From an uncultured Nitrospiraceae bacterium (GTDB lineage Bacteria; Nitrospirota; Nitrospiria; Nitrospirales; Nitrospiraceae), in NCBI GenBank assembly GCA_963846575.1, contig CAWJWJ010000002.1, forward strand, positions 2,720,001 through 2,784,000: DNA of 64,000 nt, written 5' to 3'. Below, piece after piece: positions 1 to 9,181 of the stretch. Numbering within the stretch: position 1 is the stretch's first letter; every line of letters begins with the position of its first letter. The notes beneath the pieces are model-generated. The model did not search any database. It was not told the origin of the DNA and was given only the letters and a program-made list of their open reading frames with translations. The translations under genes and the position numbers were made by a program.

Positions 1-1
1 G

Positions 2-121
2 CGCGTGGACATGGAGAAGGATGCGATCGGTGCCGACTACACCGACTTCCACACCCTCCTGAAGCTCGGCGACACCTGGCGCATCGTGGCTAAGGTGTAT
101 CACATGTATGAACGTCTTTGA
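2..121 (+). CDS. C-terminal end of NTF2-like (putative lumazine-binding, Lumazine_bd_2-like) protein, cut by window start
   Basis: Frame 2 reads RVDMEKDAIGADYTDFHTLLKLGDTWRIVAKVYHMYERL*; YTDFxxLLKxxxxWRIVxK is the typical C-terminus of this family. Confidence 0.7.
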   Translation, partial: RVDMEKDAIGADYTDFHTLLKLGDTWRIVAKVYHMYERL

Positions 122-222
122 CTGATGGTCAGATGGAATGGTTATACCACTGGATACGAACGCCTCTCGGAAACCCTGTCTGAGCCTTGAGAGGACGGAC
201 GAAAGTGAAGAAAATCAACGAG

Positions 223-926
223 ATGACTCGTCCAAACCGTCCAATGAGTGACAAGGGTTTACAACAAGTTACAGATTCCGTGTCCTATATAGGACACGCT
301 CCTGAGCCTACCAGACTGACCCCCAAAGAAGAGGCGTTTTGCATCGCTGTGTTGTCGGGGCAAAATCCCTCTGACGCATATCGAGCTGCATATGCACCGC
401 AGCGTGCGAAGGCCAAAACCATCCATGAAATGTCGTCACGCCTGATGGCGAAGCCCAAGGTTCGCGCAAGGATCGAGATGCTAATGCAGCCGGTGATTGA
501 ACGAGCGCAACTGACCCGCGAAGAATGGTTGGGGGGGCTGGCGCGTATTTGTCTGGCCGATATACGCAAGATGTTCGACGATCACGGCAATCCCATCGCG
601 ATCACCAAATTTACTGATAATGAAGCGGCGGCGATCGCAGGCTTCGAGGTATATAGTGATCGGGCACCAAGTAGAAACGTGTCGGAGGTAGGCGGCCGAA
701 CGGTAAGAGTCAGGATGGTCGATCAATTGAAGGCGCTCGAAATGTATGGCAAGGCCATGGGGTACTTTGCGGAGCAGAATCACGGGTGTTACGGAGGGAC
801 CCGCCGAACATCACGGTGGAATTTGTGGACCCCGCCGACCAGCTTCCGCATCTCGAACGGGAAATACCCATTCTTGACCAGACAAGGACCGTCGTCGCCG
901 GTGGTGATACTGCACTTAGCTACTAA
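223..926 (+). pseudogene. Phage terminase small subunit-like gene, apparent frameshift near 775-800
   Basis: LTPKEEAFCIAVLSGQNPSDAYRAAY...RLMAKPKVRARI...DIRKMFDDHGN...DQLKALEMYGKAMGYF resembles TerS; the TerS-like tail PPNITVEFVDP is in frame 3, stopping at 926. Confidence 0.65.
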
Positions 927-927
927 A

Positions 928-1275
928 CTATCGCTGCGTGGTTTCTACCGCAGGAGGGTTCGAGGCATTCACGACCTTGCGAGCGCCCCAGCGGAGCGGC
1001 TCAGGATCAGGATGCAGATCAATGCGAGGCGTGGAAAGAAGGACGAGGGGTGTATGAAGAGGTCCTCTGGGACGATCAGGGCCATGGTTCCACTCACGTT
1101 TTCCAACCCGTAGCGAAGCGTGCACGAGGTGCCGGTCCAGCACCTCGACGCTCGTATGCTGCCTTCCAACGTGCACGCCCAATTCTAGCCATCTGCCGAA
1201 GCGTACCCACATGAATGAATCCCTCTGATTTGGTGCCAGTCGCTGCTGACGGTGAGGTAGTGTAACCCTTTTCAT
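928..1275 (-). CDS. Hypothetical protein
   Basis: 115-aa ORF; its stop lies 1 nt from the corrected TerS stop (convergent arrangement); no recognised motif. Confidence 0.35.
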   Translation of the reverse strand: MKRVTLPHRQQRLAPNQRDSFMWVRFGRWLELGVHVGRQHTSVEVLDRHLVHASLRVGKREWNHGPDRPRGPLHTPLVLLSTPRIDLHPDPEPLRWGARKVVNASNPPAVETTQR

Positions 1276-1386
1276 GTGCCATGAATACCATTGGGCCAGC
1301 CTCCGCGCCTCATGGTGATGGCTTCGTGGGAGCGTTCACGGGTGCGTCGCTCGGGCCCCGGACCCTGGCATCCTGATGCGAGGCCT

Positions 1387-2760
1387 TCAGGCGACCCTCG
1401 CAGGGAGATCAGGTAGGCCTGCTGGGTCTCCCTTGAACATCGTCTCGCTTGATGACGGGGGACATGTCAGTCCGACGCCAGACGGGTGGCGTCCCTGCCG
1501 ACCGAAGCACGGGGCACGTCGGATCAATTCGGTCCCCGCTACGACGGCGAGCGCGCCAAGGCAGGTAGAGACGGTGACGGCCTCGCTCAACCACATATAG
1601 GCCAAGCCAATGGTGCAGATCGGAATGAGATTGTGGTACGCCCCCACCACGGCTGGCGAGAGCGATTGCAGCGCCCGAGAGCGCAACAAGAAGACCCCAG
1701 CGGTGGCGGTGCCGATGAAGAAGAGCAAGCCATACACCATAGCGGACAGATCACGCAGGGGGAACGTGCCGTGGGCCGCCTCGCCCGCCAGGAGGACGAA
1801 TGAGGCCGTGCCAAACATCATCGTATTTGCCGTCCAGACGCCCACTCGCTTGATGGTATTCGGACTCACCACGAGATAGCAGGACATCATCAACGTAAAC
1901 AGCAAGATCAGGACATCTCCCACGCCCCACCCCTTGCCTGAGACGGTGGGGCTGGCTAGGACGGCCAGCAGACAGCCAGCCCAAGACAGGAGCAGGCCAG
2001 TCACACTCGCGACAGTGGCGTGGTCCCTGCCACGCGCGATGCTCAGCATCGTCGTAAAGGTGGGCAGCAAGCTATAGATAATGGCGAAATGCGTGACGCT
2101 CGTATAGACCAGCCCCCACGCGGCGATGGGGTACCCGCCGACGCCCAGCAGTCCTAAGAGCGTCAGCTTTCCCACCTCGCGCGGGGTCAGCGATCGAAGA
2201 CCCGGTAAATCAAACCAGACCGTGATCCCCGCCAGAAACAGAAATCCAATGGCGACCCGGCTCGTCGCCAGTTCCAAAAAATCAACGGCACTATGCTGGA
2301 GCGTATATTTGATCGCTGGCGTAATGGCACTGACGAGCACGATCACGCCGCAGAGGCAAAGGAGGGGCACCAGGTGACTCACCGGATGCGACGTAATCCG
2401 AGGTGTCCTGTGTTGGGGCTCGTGATCCACCACGACCGTGTCCGTGATATTGACGGTGATTACATCCTCAATGAACTGCGAAAGCCGCGCCCGGTGTTCG
2501 GTCGACATGTCGACGATCTGTGTCCCCACGCCCGACGGATGAAGATGCGTCACAACCACGCGGCACTCGATGTTGTCGTGGGCACCCAGAGCACAGGTCA
2601 GGTGCACGACGTCGCCCACCAGGACGGACAGCGCGTCTGTCTGAAGACGGAATCCCTCTTCGGTAAAATCTAAGACCCGGCATTCCGTGGTGTGGCCATG
2701 ATCACTCACCAGACCGAGGCGTTCGATGGCGATCCGAGACTGATGACGCAGTGAGTGCAT
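1387..2760 (-). CDS. PilZ domain fused to EamA/DMT family transporter
   Basis: N-terminal RHQSR (RxxxR) and DFTEEG (D/NxSxxG-like) PilZ motifs, followed by about 10 hydrophobic helices in two EamA-type repeats. Confidence 0.8.
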   Translation of the reverse strand: MHSLRHQSRIAIERLGLVSDHGHTTECRVLDFTEEGFRLQTDALSVLVGDVVHLTCALGAHDNIECRVVVTHLHPSGVGTQIVDMSTEHRARLSQFIEDVITVNITDTVVVDHEPQHRTPRITSHPVSHLVPLLCLCGVIVLVSAITPAIKYTLQHSAVDFLELATSRVAIGFLFLAGITVWFDLPGLRSLTPREVGKLTLLGLLGVGGYPIAAWGLVYTSVTHFAIIYSLLPTFTTMLSIARGRDHATVASVTGLLLSWAGCLLAVLASPTVSGKGWGVGDVLILLFTLMMSCYLVVSPNTIKRVGVWTANTMMFGTASFVLLAGEAAHGTFPLRDLSAMVYGLLFFIGTATAGVFLLRSRALQSLSPAVVGAYHNLIPICTIGLAYMWLSEAVTVSTCLGALAVVAGTELIRRAPCFGRQGRHPSGVGLTCPPSSSETMFKGDPAGLPDLPARVA

Positions 2761-3332
2761 CGTGTGGTTCCTTCATGGAGATTGGTCAACAAGGCATCGG
2801 CGTGGCCGATGTCGACTGTGTGAGCCCGGCTGTGGGGAAGAGGGTTACAAAGGGGGAGAGTCCGCCCTGGCGCCCGTCCGTCCGCAGTGGCGGTGTCCGT
2901 TACTGGGTCACCCTATCACGAGTCGACGAGGCGTCAAGCATCCTTCACATTCGCGCATCCGAACGGTTCAGATAGGGTCGCACAGGCCTTAATCGCCTCC
3001 GCGTCGGTGCACTCGTGCCGAATGGAATGGAGGAAGACCCTCGCGAGGTAAGAGTCGATGAGTGACAGGCGGCAGCAGTACAGACTGAGATTCCTATTCA
3101 TCTGCCCCCAATACTAGCTGGTGAGAAGTGCGGGAAGGATGGCGTGGCGACGACCGCCGTGGGAATTGCAGCCTTGACAGCAAGACAAGGGTCCGTTCTG
3201 GCGGGGGTCAGACGGTTGGCCGAGGACCACACTTGCCCCTCGGGCAATGTCTGCTACCTTTAATAGGTGTGTCGGCCACTCTAACTATGTAGTCCTAGTG
3301 CTCCGAACGTAATTAGTCAAACGAGGTTTCTT

Positions 3333-3752
3333 ATGAAGATGCACCCGATCGCGTTCGGAATGCTCTTTCTCGTGCTCTCTCAGGCAGGATGCTCGGTGTA
3401 TAAGGCTGCGTCTCAACCAGGGCCAGCAGATGTTACAGGAATAGGCGTAGGAACTCGGCGTACTGAGGTCATTACGCGCCTCGGCGCCCCAAAATTTTCT
3501 GACACCGATCCGAGCGGGCAGAAACAAGACACGTTCGAGTTTCAATCTGGGTTTCACCAGGCGTCAAAAGCGAGAGTGATCCTGTATCTCGCGGCCGATG
3601 TCTTTACTCTCTGTTTGGCCGAAATCATTCTCTGGCCGGTTGAACTCACGGTCATGGAGCGTGCAAGTTGTGTCGCGGTGGCTACCTACGACCCTACCCA
3701 GAAAGTAGAGTCCTTTGCCCTGACGCAGAAGGACGGAGTTCAGGGATGCTGA
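3333..3752 (+). CDS. Putative lipoprotein
   Basis: Signal peptide with lipobox-like QAGC; GAGG RBS upstream. Confidence 0.75.
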   Translation: MKMHPIAFGMLFLVLSQAGCSVYKAASQPGPADVTGIGVGTRRTEVITRLGAPKFSDTDPSGQKQDTFEFQSGFHQASKARVILYLAADVFTLCLAEIILWPVELTVMERASCVAVATYDPTQKVESFALTQKDGVQGC

Positions 3753-3764
3753 ACAGTGATGAGT

Positions 3765-3809
3765 TTTTTGAAGTACGTCGTCAATATTTCTGAAGGCTCG
3801 CTCGAACAT
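3765..3809 (-). pseudogene. N-terminal remnant of a type I restriction-modification HsdM-like gene
   Basis: GAGG RBS + ATG, then MFERAFRNIDDVLQK, resembling my recollection of the HsdM start MFEQAFKNIDDVLxK; similarity stops abruptly. Confidence 0.5.
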
Positions 3810-4242
3810 AGGGATGTCCTCAAGCCCAATAGCCACGTATGAGTCGGGCGGAGAATAGGCGTTTCGTTTCACAAAAAACCAGCCAACCAGTGGGGAACTA
3901 TGAGCGATATTCCTCACTTAGGAACCCACACGTTCGGGCTGGATGATGTTGGACTCACAATCACGTAAAAATCTTGCGACCCGCTGTACCAGGCAAGGTT
4001 GTGATTCACTCATCTCCGCCATGGCTGTGCACATCCAAGTTGCCTCCCCGTCTGTATTCTCTAACAACACGCCGATGTAACATAGTGTGTCAGCTTGTCA
4101 TTGAGCGGGAGCACTCATCTGCCTGACCCAGCCTGAGATACCAATAGGCAGCCGTCTCGGTCACCATTCAAAGTCCCGCCGCTCCGGTTGCCCGGGCAAT
4201 CAGTCGATGAACGCATAAGCGTACTTCAGGACAGGATTCTCC

Positions 4243-5488
4243 TTGGCGAATTTTGCCTCAGAGATGGAAAGAAAAAAAACCAAACAGCGCACGTATGACG
4301 CGATGTCTCGTAAGGCCCGTGCAGGGCACGTCACGGGCGGAAAAACCTATGGGTACGACAACAAGGAAGTGTCTGCTGCTGGGCGCCACCTGCACGTAGT
4401 GCGGATTGTCAACCATCAGGAAGCGGCGATCGTCTCTCAGATATTTGAGATGTATGCAGGCGGGCTTGGCATTTCACGCATTGCCAAGCGACTCAATGAG
4501 GAAGGCGTTCCTGCGCCCCGAAAAAGCCCACGAGGCTGGGCGCCAAGTGCGGTGCGCGAAATGGTGCGTCGGCCTATCTACAAAGGGGAGATCGTATGGA
4601 ACGAACTCCAAAAAATTGATCGAGGGGGCACCAAGAAACGCCGCCTTCGGGATGAGAAGGATTTGGTACGAGTGGACGCGCCTGACCTCCGCATTATCAC
4701 TCCTGAGTTATGGGAGAAGGTGCAGCGCCGTCTGACGAAGACTAAAGGAAAAGGTCGATGTCCCAAATAGGGATCAAGACTCCAAGTATCTGCTGACGGG
4801 CATGGCGCGTTGCGCGCATTGTGGTGGCCCGATGACTATCGTAGGAGCTGATTATCATCGACGGAAAGGTCGCTTTTACGGATGCAGTTATTACAAATCA
4901 CGCGGCTCATCAATTTGCGCCAACTCACTGCTGGTCGAGCAGGAGTTACTCGACCAGATCGTCCTGAAATCGATTGAAGAGGCACTTACAGAGGAAATGC
5001 TCAAGGTGGCTATTGAAAAGGCTCTGGCGAAACATCGGGCTCTGGCGAGCGACCAACTGGGGCATCGAACTAGGATCGAGCGGGAACTCTCACTCATTGA
5101 GGCTCACCTGAACAATTTGGTGGACTCCGTCGCTAACGGAAGAAAGGAGGCTTCCCTGTTCGAGCGGATCGCAAATGAGGAATCGCGGAAACGTACCTTG
5201 ATTGCAGAATTGGAACGTCTCACGCTTCTACAGCCAATTGCGTCCATCAGTGACGCTCGGCTCAAACGCGAACTGAAAGCCAAGTTCGCAGAGATGCGGG
5301 GAATTCTCGGGCGCCACATAACATCCGCAAGGCAACTGCTTCGCATTCTGATTCAAGAACCGCTGCGCTTGGAGGCCGTGCCGACCAAGGCAGGAAAGAA
5401 TTATCGCGTGATTGGCAGGGGGAGCTATCTGCCGGTTCTGACCGATTCTGCCCGCTCCGTGGTAAATGGTGTCCCCAACGGGATTTGA
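4243..5488 (+). pseudogene. Large serine recombinase (integrase), lacking the N-terminal catalytic domain and frameshifted at about 4736-4767
   Basis: ASEMERKKTKQRT...GGKTYGY...IAKRLNEEGVP...YKG recombinase domain; frame 2 continues SKYLLTGMARCAHCGG...YGC zinc ribbon and coiled coil; ends inside the tRNA. Confidence 0.85.
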
Positions 5489-5544
5489 ACCCGTGTTACT
5501 GCCTTGAAAGGGCAATGTCCTAGGCCAGGCTAGACGATGGGGAC
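5467..5544 (-). tRNA. tRNA-Glu (TTC)
   Basis: Reverse complement GTCCCCATCGTCTAGCCTGGCCTAGGACATTGCCCTTTCAAGGCAGTAACACGGGTTCAAATCCCGTTGGGGACACCA: 7-bp acceptor stem, anticodon loop CT-TTC-AA, TTCAAAT T-loop, encoded CCA. Confidence 0.97.
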
Positions 5545-5706
5545 GTAGAGGTTCGTTCGAGCGGTTGATTCATATCATACTTGATCGAGGAGTGTCACTA
5601 GTTTGAATATCACGGTCATATAATAGGTTTCCACCCGGGACGTTGAGCGCGAGTACCGTCTGGGAAGCGATTGACGACCAGACCTCGAGCACAGTACTCT
5701 GCACTT

Positions 5707-7674
5707 ATGGATCCACGTTTAGATTTCGAAGGCGAGCGCCGCCCATCGTTACCACAAACTGAAGAGTCCGGCCCGTCCAGCGGCAGTCCGCTCACGGCGG
5801 AAGACCTGTACCTCTTCAATGAAGGCTCACATTTTCATCTCTATGAGAAACTGGGCGCACACCCCATGACGGTGCAAGGGGTTGCGGGTACCCATTTTGC
5901 CGTCTGGGCTCCGGCGGCTGAACGGGTCTCGGTCTTCGGGACGTTCAATCATTGGGATCCCTCTCGTCACCCGCTTCGACCTCGCCAGTCTTCAGGCATC
6001 TGGGAAGGCTTCATCCCCGGGGTGGAGATCGGGGCGCTGTACAAATTTCACATCCGATCTCACCATCACGGTGCGGAACTCATTAAAACCGATCCTTTTG
6101 CCCGGTTGAACGAAGTTCCGCCGAAAACCGCTTCAGTCGTCTGGACAATCGATTACACATGGGACGACGATGCGTGGATGCGGAATCGCGGCCGGCGTAA
6201 TGCGCTGAACGCCCCGATCAGCATTTACGAGGTGCATCTTGGTTCTTGGATGCGGGTGCCCGGCGAGGGCAATCGCTCCCTCAACTATCGCGAAGCGGCG
6301 CCAAAGCTCATCGATTACGTCCACCGGCTGGGCTTCACGCATGTGGAATTTCTTCCTCTGATGGACCATCCCTTCTTTGGGTCCTGGGGCTATCAGACGA
6401 CGGGGTATTTTGCACCCTCCGGCAACTATGGTACCCCGCAGGACCTCATGTATCTGATTGATCAGCTCCATCAGCACGACATCGGGGTAATTCTGGACTG
6501 GGTGCCCTCTCATTTTCCGACCGACGCCCACGGCCTGAGTCGATTCGACGGCAGCCATCTCTTCGAACATGCAGATCCGCGGCAGGGCCATCATCCCGAC
6601 TGGGACACCGCAGTGTTCAACTACAGTCGCAATGAGGTCCGCAGTTTCCTCATCAGTAGCGCGCTCTTCTGGCTCGAACAGTATCATGCGGATGGCCTCC
6701 GAGTGGACGCTGTCGCCTCCATGTTGTACCTGGATTATTCACGGAAAGAAGGCGAGTGGGTTCCCAACCGGTATGGCGGCCGAGAGAATCTCGAGGCGAT
6801 CGCATTTCTGCGGCAACTCAATGAGGAAATCTATCGACGGCATCCGGACGTGCAAACCTTCGCGGAGGAATCCACCTCCTGGCCTTCGGTGTCACGCCCG
6901 ACCTATGCGGGAGGATTGGGCTTCGGCATGAAGTGGGATATGGGCTGGATGCATGACACACTGGAATACATGGCGCTTGATCCCGTGTATCGAAAACATC
7001 ACCATCGCAATCTGACCTTCCGCATGCTCTATGCCTTTCAAGAAAATTTTTTACTTCCCCTCTCTCACGATGAGGTGGTCCACGGAAAGGGCTCGCTCCT
7101 GCGGAGGATGCCTGGCGACGATTGGCAGAAGTTCGCCAATCTCCGAATGCTCTTCGGATACATGTATGCCCAAGCAGCCAAAAAACTCATCTTCATGGGG
7201 GGCGAGATCGGACAATGGCGTGAGTGGGCGCATGACGATAGCCTTGACTGGAACCTGCTCGAATATCCACCTCATCAAGGACTGCAGCAATGGGTCGCTG
7301 ACCTCAACCGTTTGTACCGTACTGAATCGGCGCTCCATGAACTCGATTTCGATCCTCGAGGCTTCGAATGGATTGACTGCCAGGATGTCGACGCCGGCGT
7401 GATCAGTCTGTTGCGCCATGGCCATCCCCCTCAGCAGACCATCGCCGTCGTCTGTAACTTTACGCCCGTTCCTCGACTGCATTATCGCATCGGGGTCCCC
7501 GAAGGCGGGTACTGGAAAGAACTGCTGAACAGCGATGCATCGATGTACGGCGGCAGCGGGTCTGGCAATCTCGGTGGTGTGGTGGCAGAGGCTGTGCCAA
7601 CGCATGGCCGCTCTCACTGCCTGTCACTGACTCTGCCTCCCTTGGCCGTGCTCTTCTTCAAACCTATCCCGTAG
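5707..7674 (+). CDS. glgB: 1,4-alpha-glucan branching enzyme (GH13)
   Basis: [37 protein letters not shown] and [10 protein letters not shown] motifs. Confidence 0.97.
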   Translation: MDPRLDFEGERRPSLPQTEESGPSSGSPLTAEDLYLFNEGSHFHLYEKLGAHPMTVQGVAGTHFAVWAPAAERVSVFGTFNHWDPSRHPLRPRQSSGIWEGFIPGVEIGALYKFHIRSHHHGAELIKTDPFARLNEVPPKTASVVWTIDYTWDDDAWMRNRGRRNALNAPISIYEVHLGSWMRVPGEGNRSLNYREAAPKLIDYVHRLGFTHVEFLPLMDHPFFGSWGYQTTGYFAPSGNYGTPQDLMYLIDQLHQHDIGVILDWVPSHFPTDAHGLSRFDGSHLFEHADPRQGHHPDWDTAVFNYSRNEVRSFLISSALFWLEQYHADGLRVDAVASMLYLDYSRKEGEWVPNRYGGRENLEAIAFLRQLNEEIYRRHPDVQTFAEESTSWPSVSRPTYAGGLGFGMKWDMGWMHDTLEYMALDPVYRKHHHRNLTFRMLYAFQENFLLPLSHDEVVHGKGSLLRRMPGDDWQKFANLRMLFGYMYAQAAKKLIFMGGEIGQWREWAHDDSLDWNLLEYPPHQGLQQWVADLNRLYRTESALHELDFDPRGFEWIDCQDVDAGVISLLRHGHPPQQTIAVVCNFTPVPRLHYRIGVPEGGYWKELLNSDASMYGGSGSGNLGGVVAEAVPTHGRSHCLSLTLPPLAVLFFKPIP

Positions 7675-7763
7675 ACGCAGACAAGGGCCGTGTTGTCGGA
7701 CATGGGAAAGGCCCCCGCCTCCGATCCTGACGCCGAGCTACCCACGTCAGGGCATACAAGGAG

Positions 7764-8255
7764 ATGAAGATCATGACCCGCTCACAAGCACTCTCGGCAT
7801 GGCAGGGTCTCTTGCTGTTCTTCCTCTGCCTCACGGTGGTCCATTGTTCGCACGACATCCATGAAAAGCGCGCGGACACCATCAAAGATCATGTCGAATC
7901 CTTCTATAACCACTTGAAACATGATCGAGTAGCGGCCGCGGTCCGTGACAACGAAGCCATCGAACACCTGTCGGCCCAATTGGGCGACATCATTGCCCGG
8001 CGGGTCAATCAGCCCGGAACCAACCAAGTCGATCGTGAATGGACCGATTTACGAACGGCTAATGAAACTGCAGCCCAAAACTGGCTGGCCTTGGGCCAAT
8101 ATCTCTCGATCAAGAAGCAGTACTCTCAAGCAAGAGCCACCTATCGGCGAGTCATCGATACCTACACAGGGCCGACAGAACGCACCTATCGAGACCAGGC
8201 TACGCGGGCCATCCGGGACTTGGATATCCTCAATCCTACACCTGCCGTTCCATAG
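7764..8255 (+). CDS. Putative lipoprotein, helical/TPR-like
   Basis: AAGGAG RBS, hydrophobic signal ending VVHC. Confidence 0.75.
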   Translation: MKIMTRSQALSAWQGLLLFFLCLTVVHCSHDIHEKRADTIKDHVESFYNHLKHDRVAAAVRDNEAIEHLSAQLGDIIARRVNQPGTNQVDREWTDLRTANETAAQNWLALGQYLSIKKQYSQARATYRRVIDTYTGPTERTYRDQATRAIRDLDILNPTPAVP

Positions 8256-8270
8256 CGGGAGGACGAAGCC

Positions 8271-8831
8271 TTGTTGAAGACGCTGACTCGTCGGTATCGA
8301 TCGCTGTGCCTGTTGCTTGGACTCAGCCTCCTCGGAACCGGATGCGTCCATCGAATACATGTCACTCCTCCGTCGGGAGACACGGCCACCTCGACCCTCC
8401 CCGTCCGCGTGCAGCTCGAAATGCCGTTCCTCGCCATCGAGGGTGCCGACCACATGCCCGGCGTACCGCTGTTGGAATGGCCGGTAACAGATCTTCGCCA
8501 AACCACGATGGACTATTTCAGCCAACGCCAAACCTTTTCGGCGATCGGTACGGAACCTGCCGAGCTAAGACTGGTCGTCAAAGCCTGGTTTATCCTTCGA
8601 GCGCCTGATCGTTATCTATATACGGTCCACTTGGAATCTGACTTTTCATTCTCAGGCCAGGCGCCTTTCAAAACCTATGTGGCCGAGGGATCGGCTCTGG
8701 GATCGTCAGTTCGATGGGTCACCGCCTCCGATCAGGAGCCAATCTTGGAAGCCACGGCTCAAGCACTTCGCAGCCTGGCCTCACAGATTGAGCAAGATCG
8801 CGACCTGATCATGAAACGCAAAACCCCCTAG
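8271..8831 (+). CDS. Putative lipoprotein
   Basis: GGAGG RBS, TTG start, lipobox LGTGC. Confidence 0.75.
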   Translation: MLKTLTRRYRSLCLLLGLSLLGTGCVHRIHVTPPSGDTATSTLPVRVQLEMPFLAIEGADHMPGVPLLEWPVTDLRQTTMDYFSQRQTFSAIGTEPAELRLVVKAWFILRAPDRYLYTVHLESDFSFSGQAPFKTYVAEGSALGSSVRWVTASDQEPILEATAQALRSLASQIEQDRDLIMKRKTP

Positions 8832-9092
8832 GGATCTCGCTTGTCCGTCTCGCGAGTCTCGACTCTCCCGCCACTGTCATCAACTTCTACATACACGGCG
8901 GCATGCTCATGGGCCAACATCAGGATAGGCCCAAGCGAGCACGTATTCATTCGGATACGGCTTCGTATCGTTTCTAATACACGTATAGCGCTTCGCCCTC
9001 TCGTCTCGGCTTTCCTTAACCTCTGCCTGAGGCCAATGGGAAGTTATTTGTCCCGGACAACACACAACTGTTTGCTCATTTGTACCCAATGC

Positions 9093-9108
9093 TGGCATTA
9101 ACATTGCT
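9093..9108 (+). promoter_or_regulatory. Candidate sigma54 (-24/-12) promoter for the DUF2235 gene
   Basis: TGGCATTAACATTGCT = TGGCA..TTGC with exact GG-N10-GC spacing. Confidence 0.65.
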
Positions 9109-9181
9109 TGATGCTAGCCACGTGCGGGCTAATGACGTGGTTGACTGAATTCAACTTACGCATCTCGGGCCACAAGGGGCA

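Larger units (their letters stand above)
1..5488. mobile_element. Decayed integrative element or phage-satellite-like island inserted at the 3' end of tRNA-Glu; left boundary outside the window
   Basis: Recombinase abutting the tRNA 3' end, TerS-like gene, hsdM scar, pseudogenes. Confidence 0.6.

Noticed and set aside
2760..3330. c-di-GMP riboswitch upstream of PilZ-EamA
   Set aside because: No GGCAAA/GACGCAAAG-type core recognised; an Rfam search is needed to exclude it
1..5460. Second att copy of the tRNA-Glu 3' end
   Set aside because: Not found in the window, so the island boundary cannot be set
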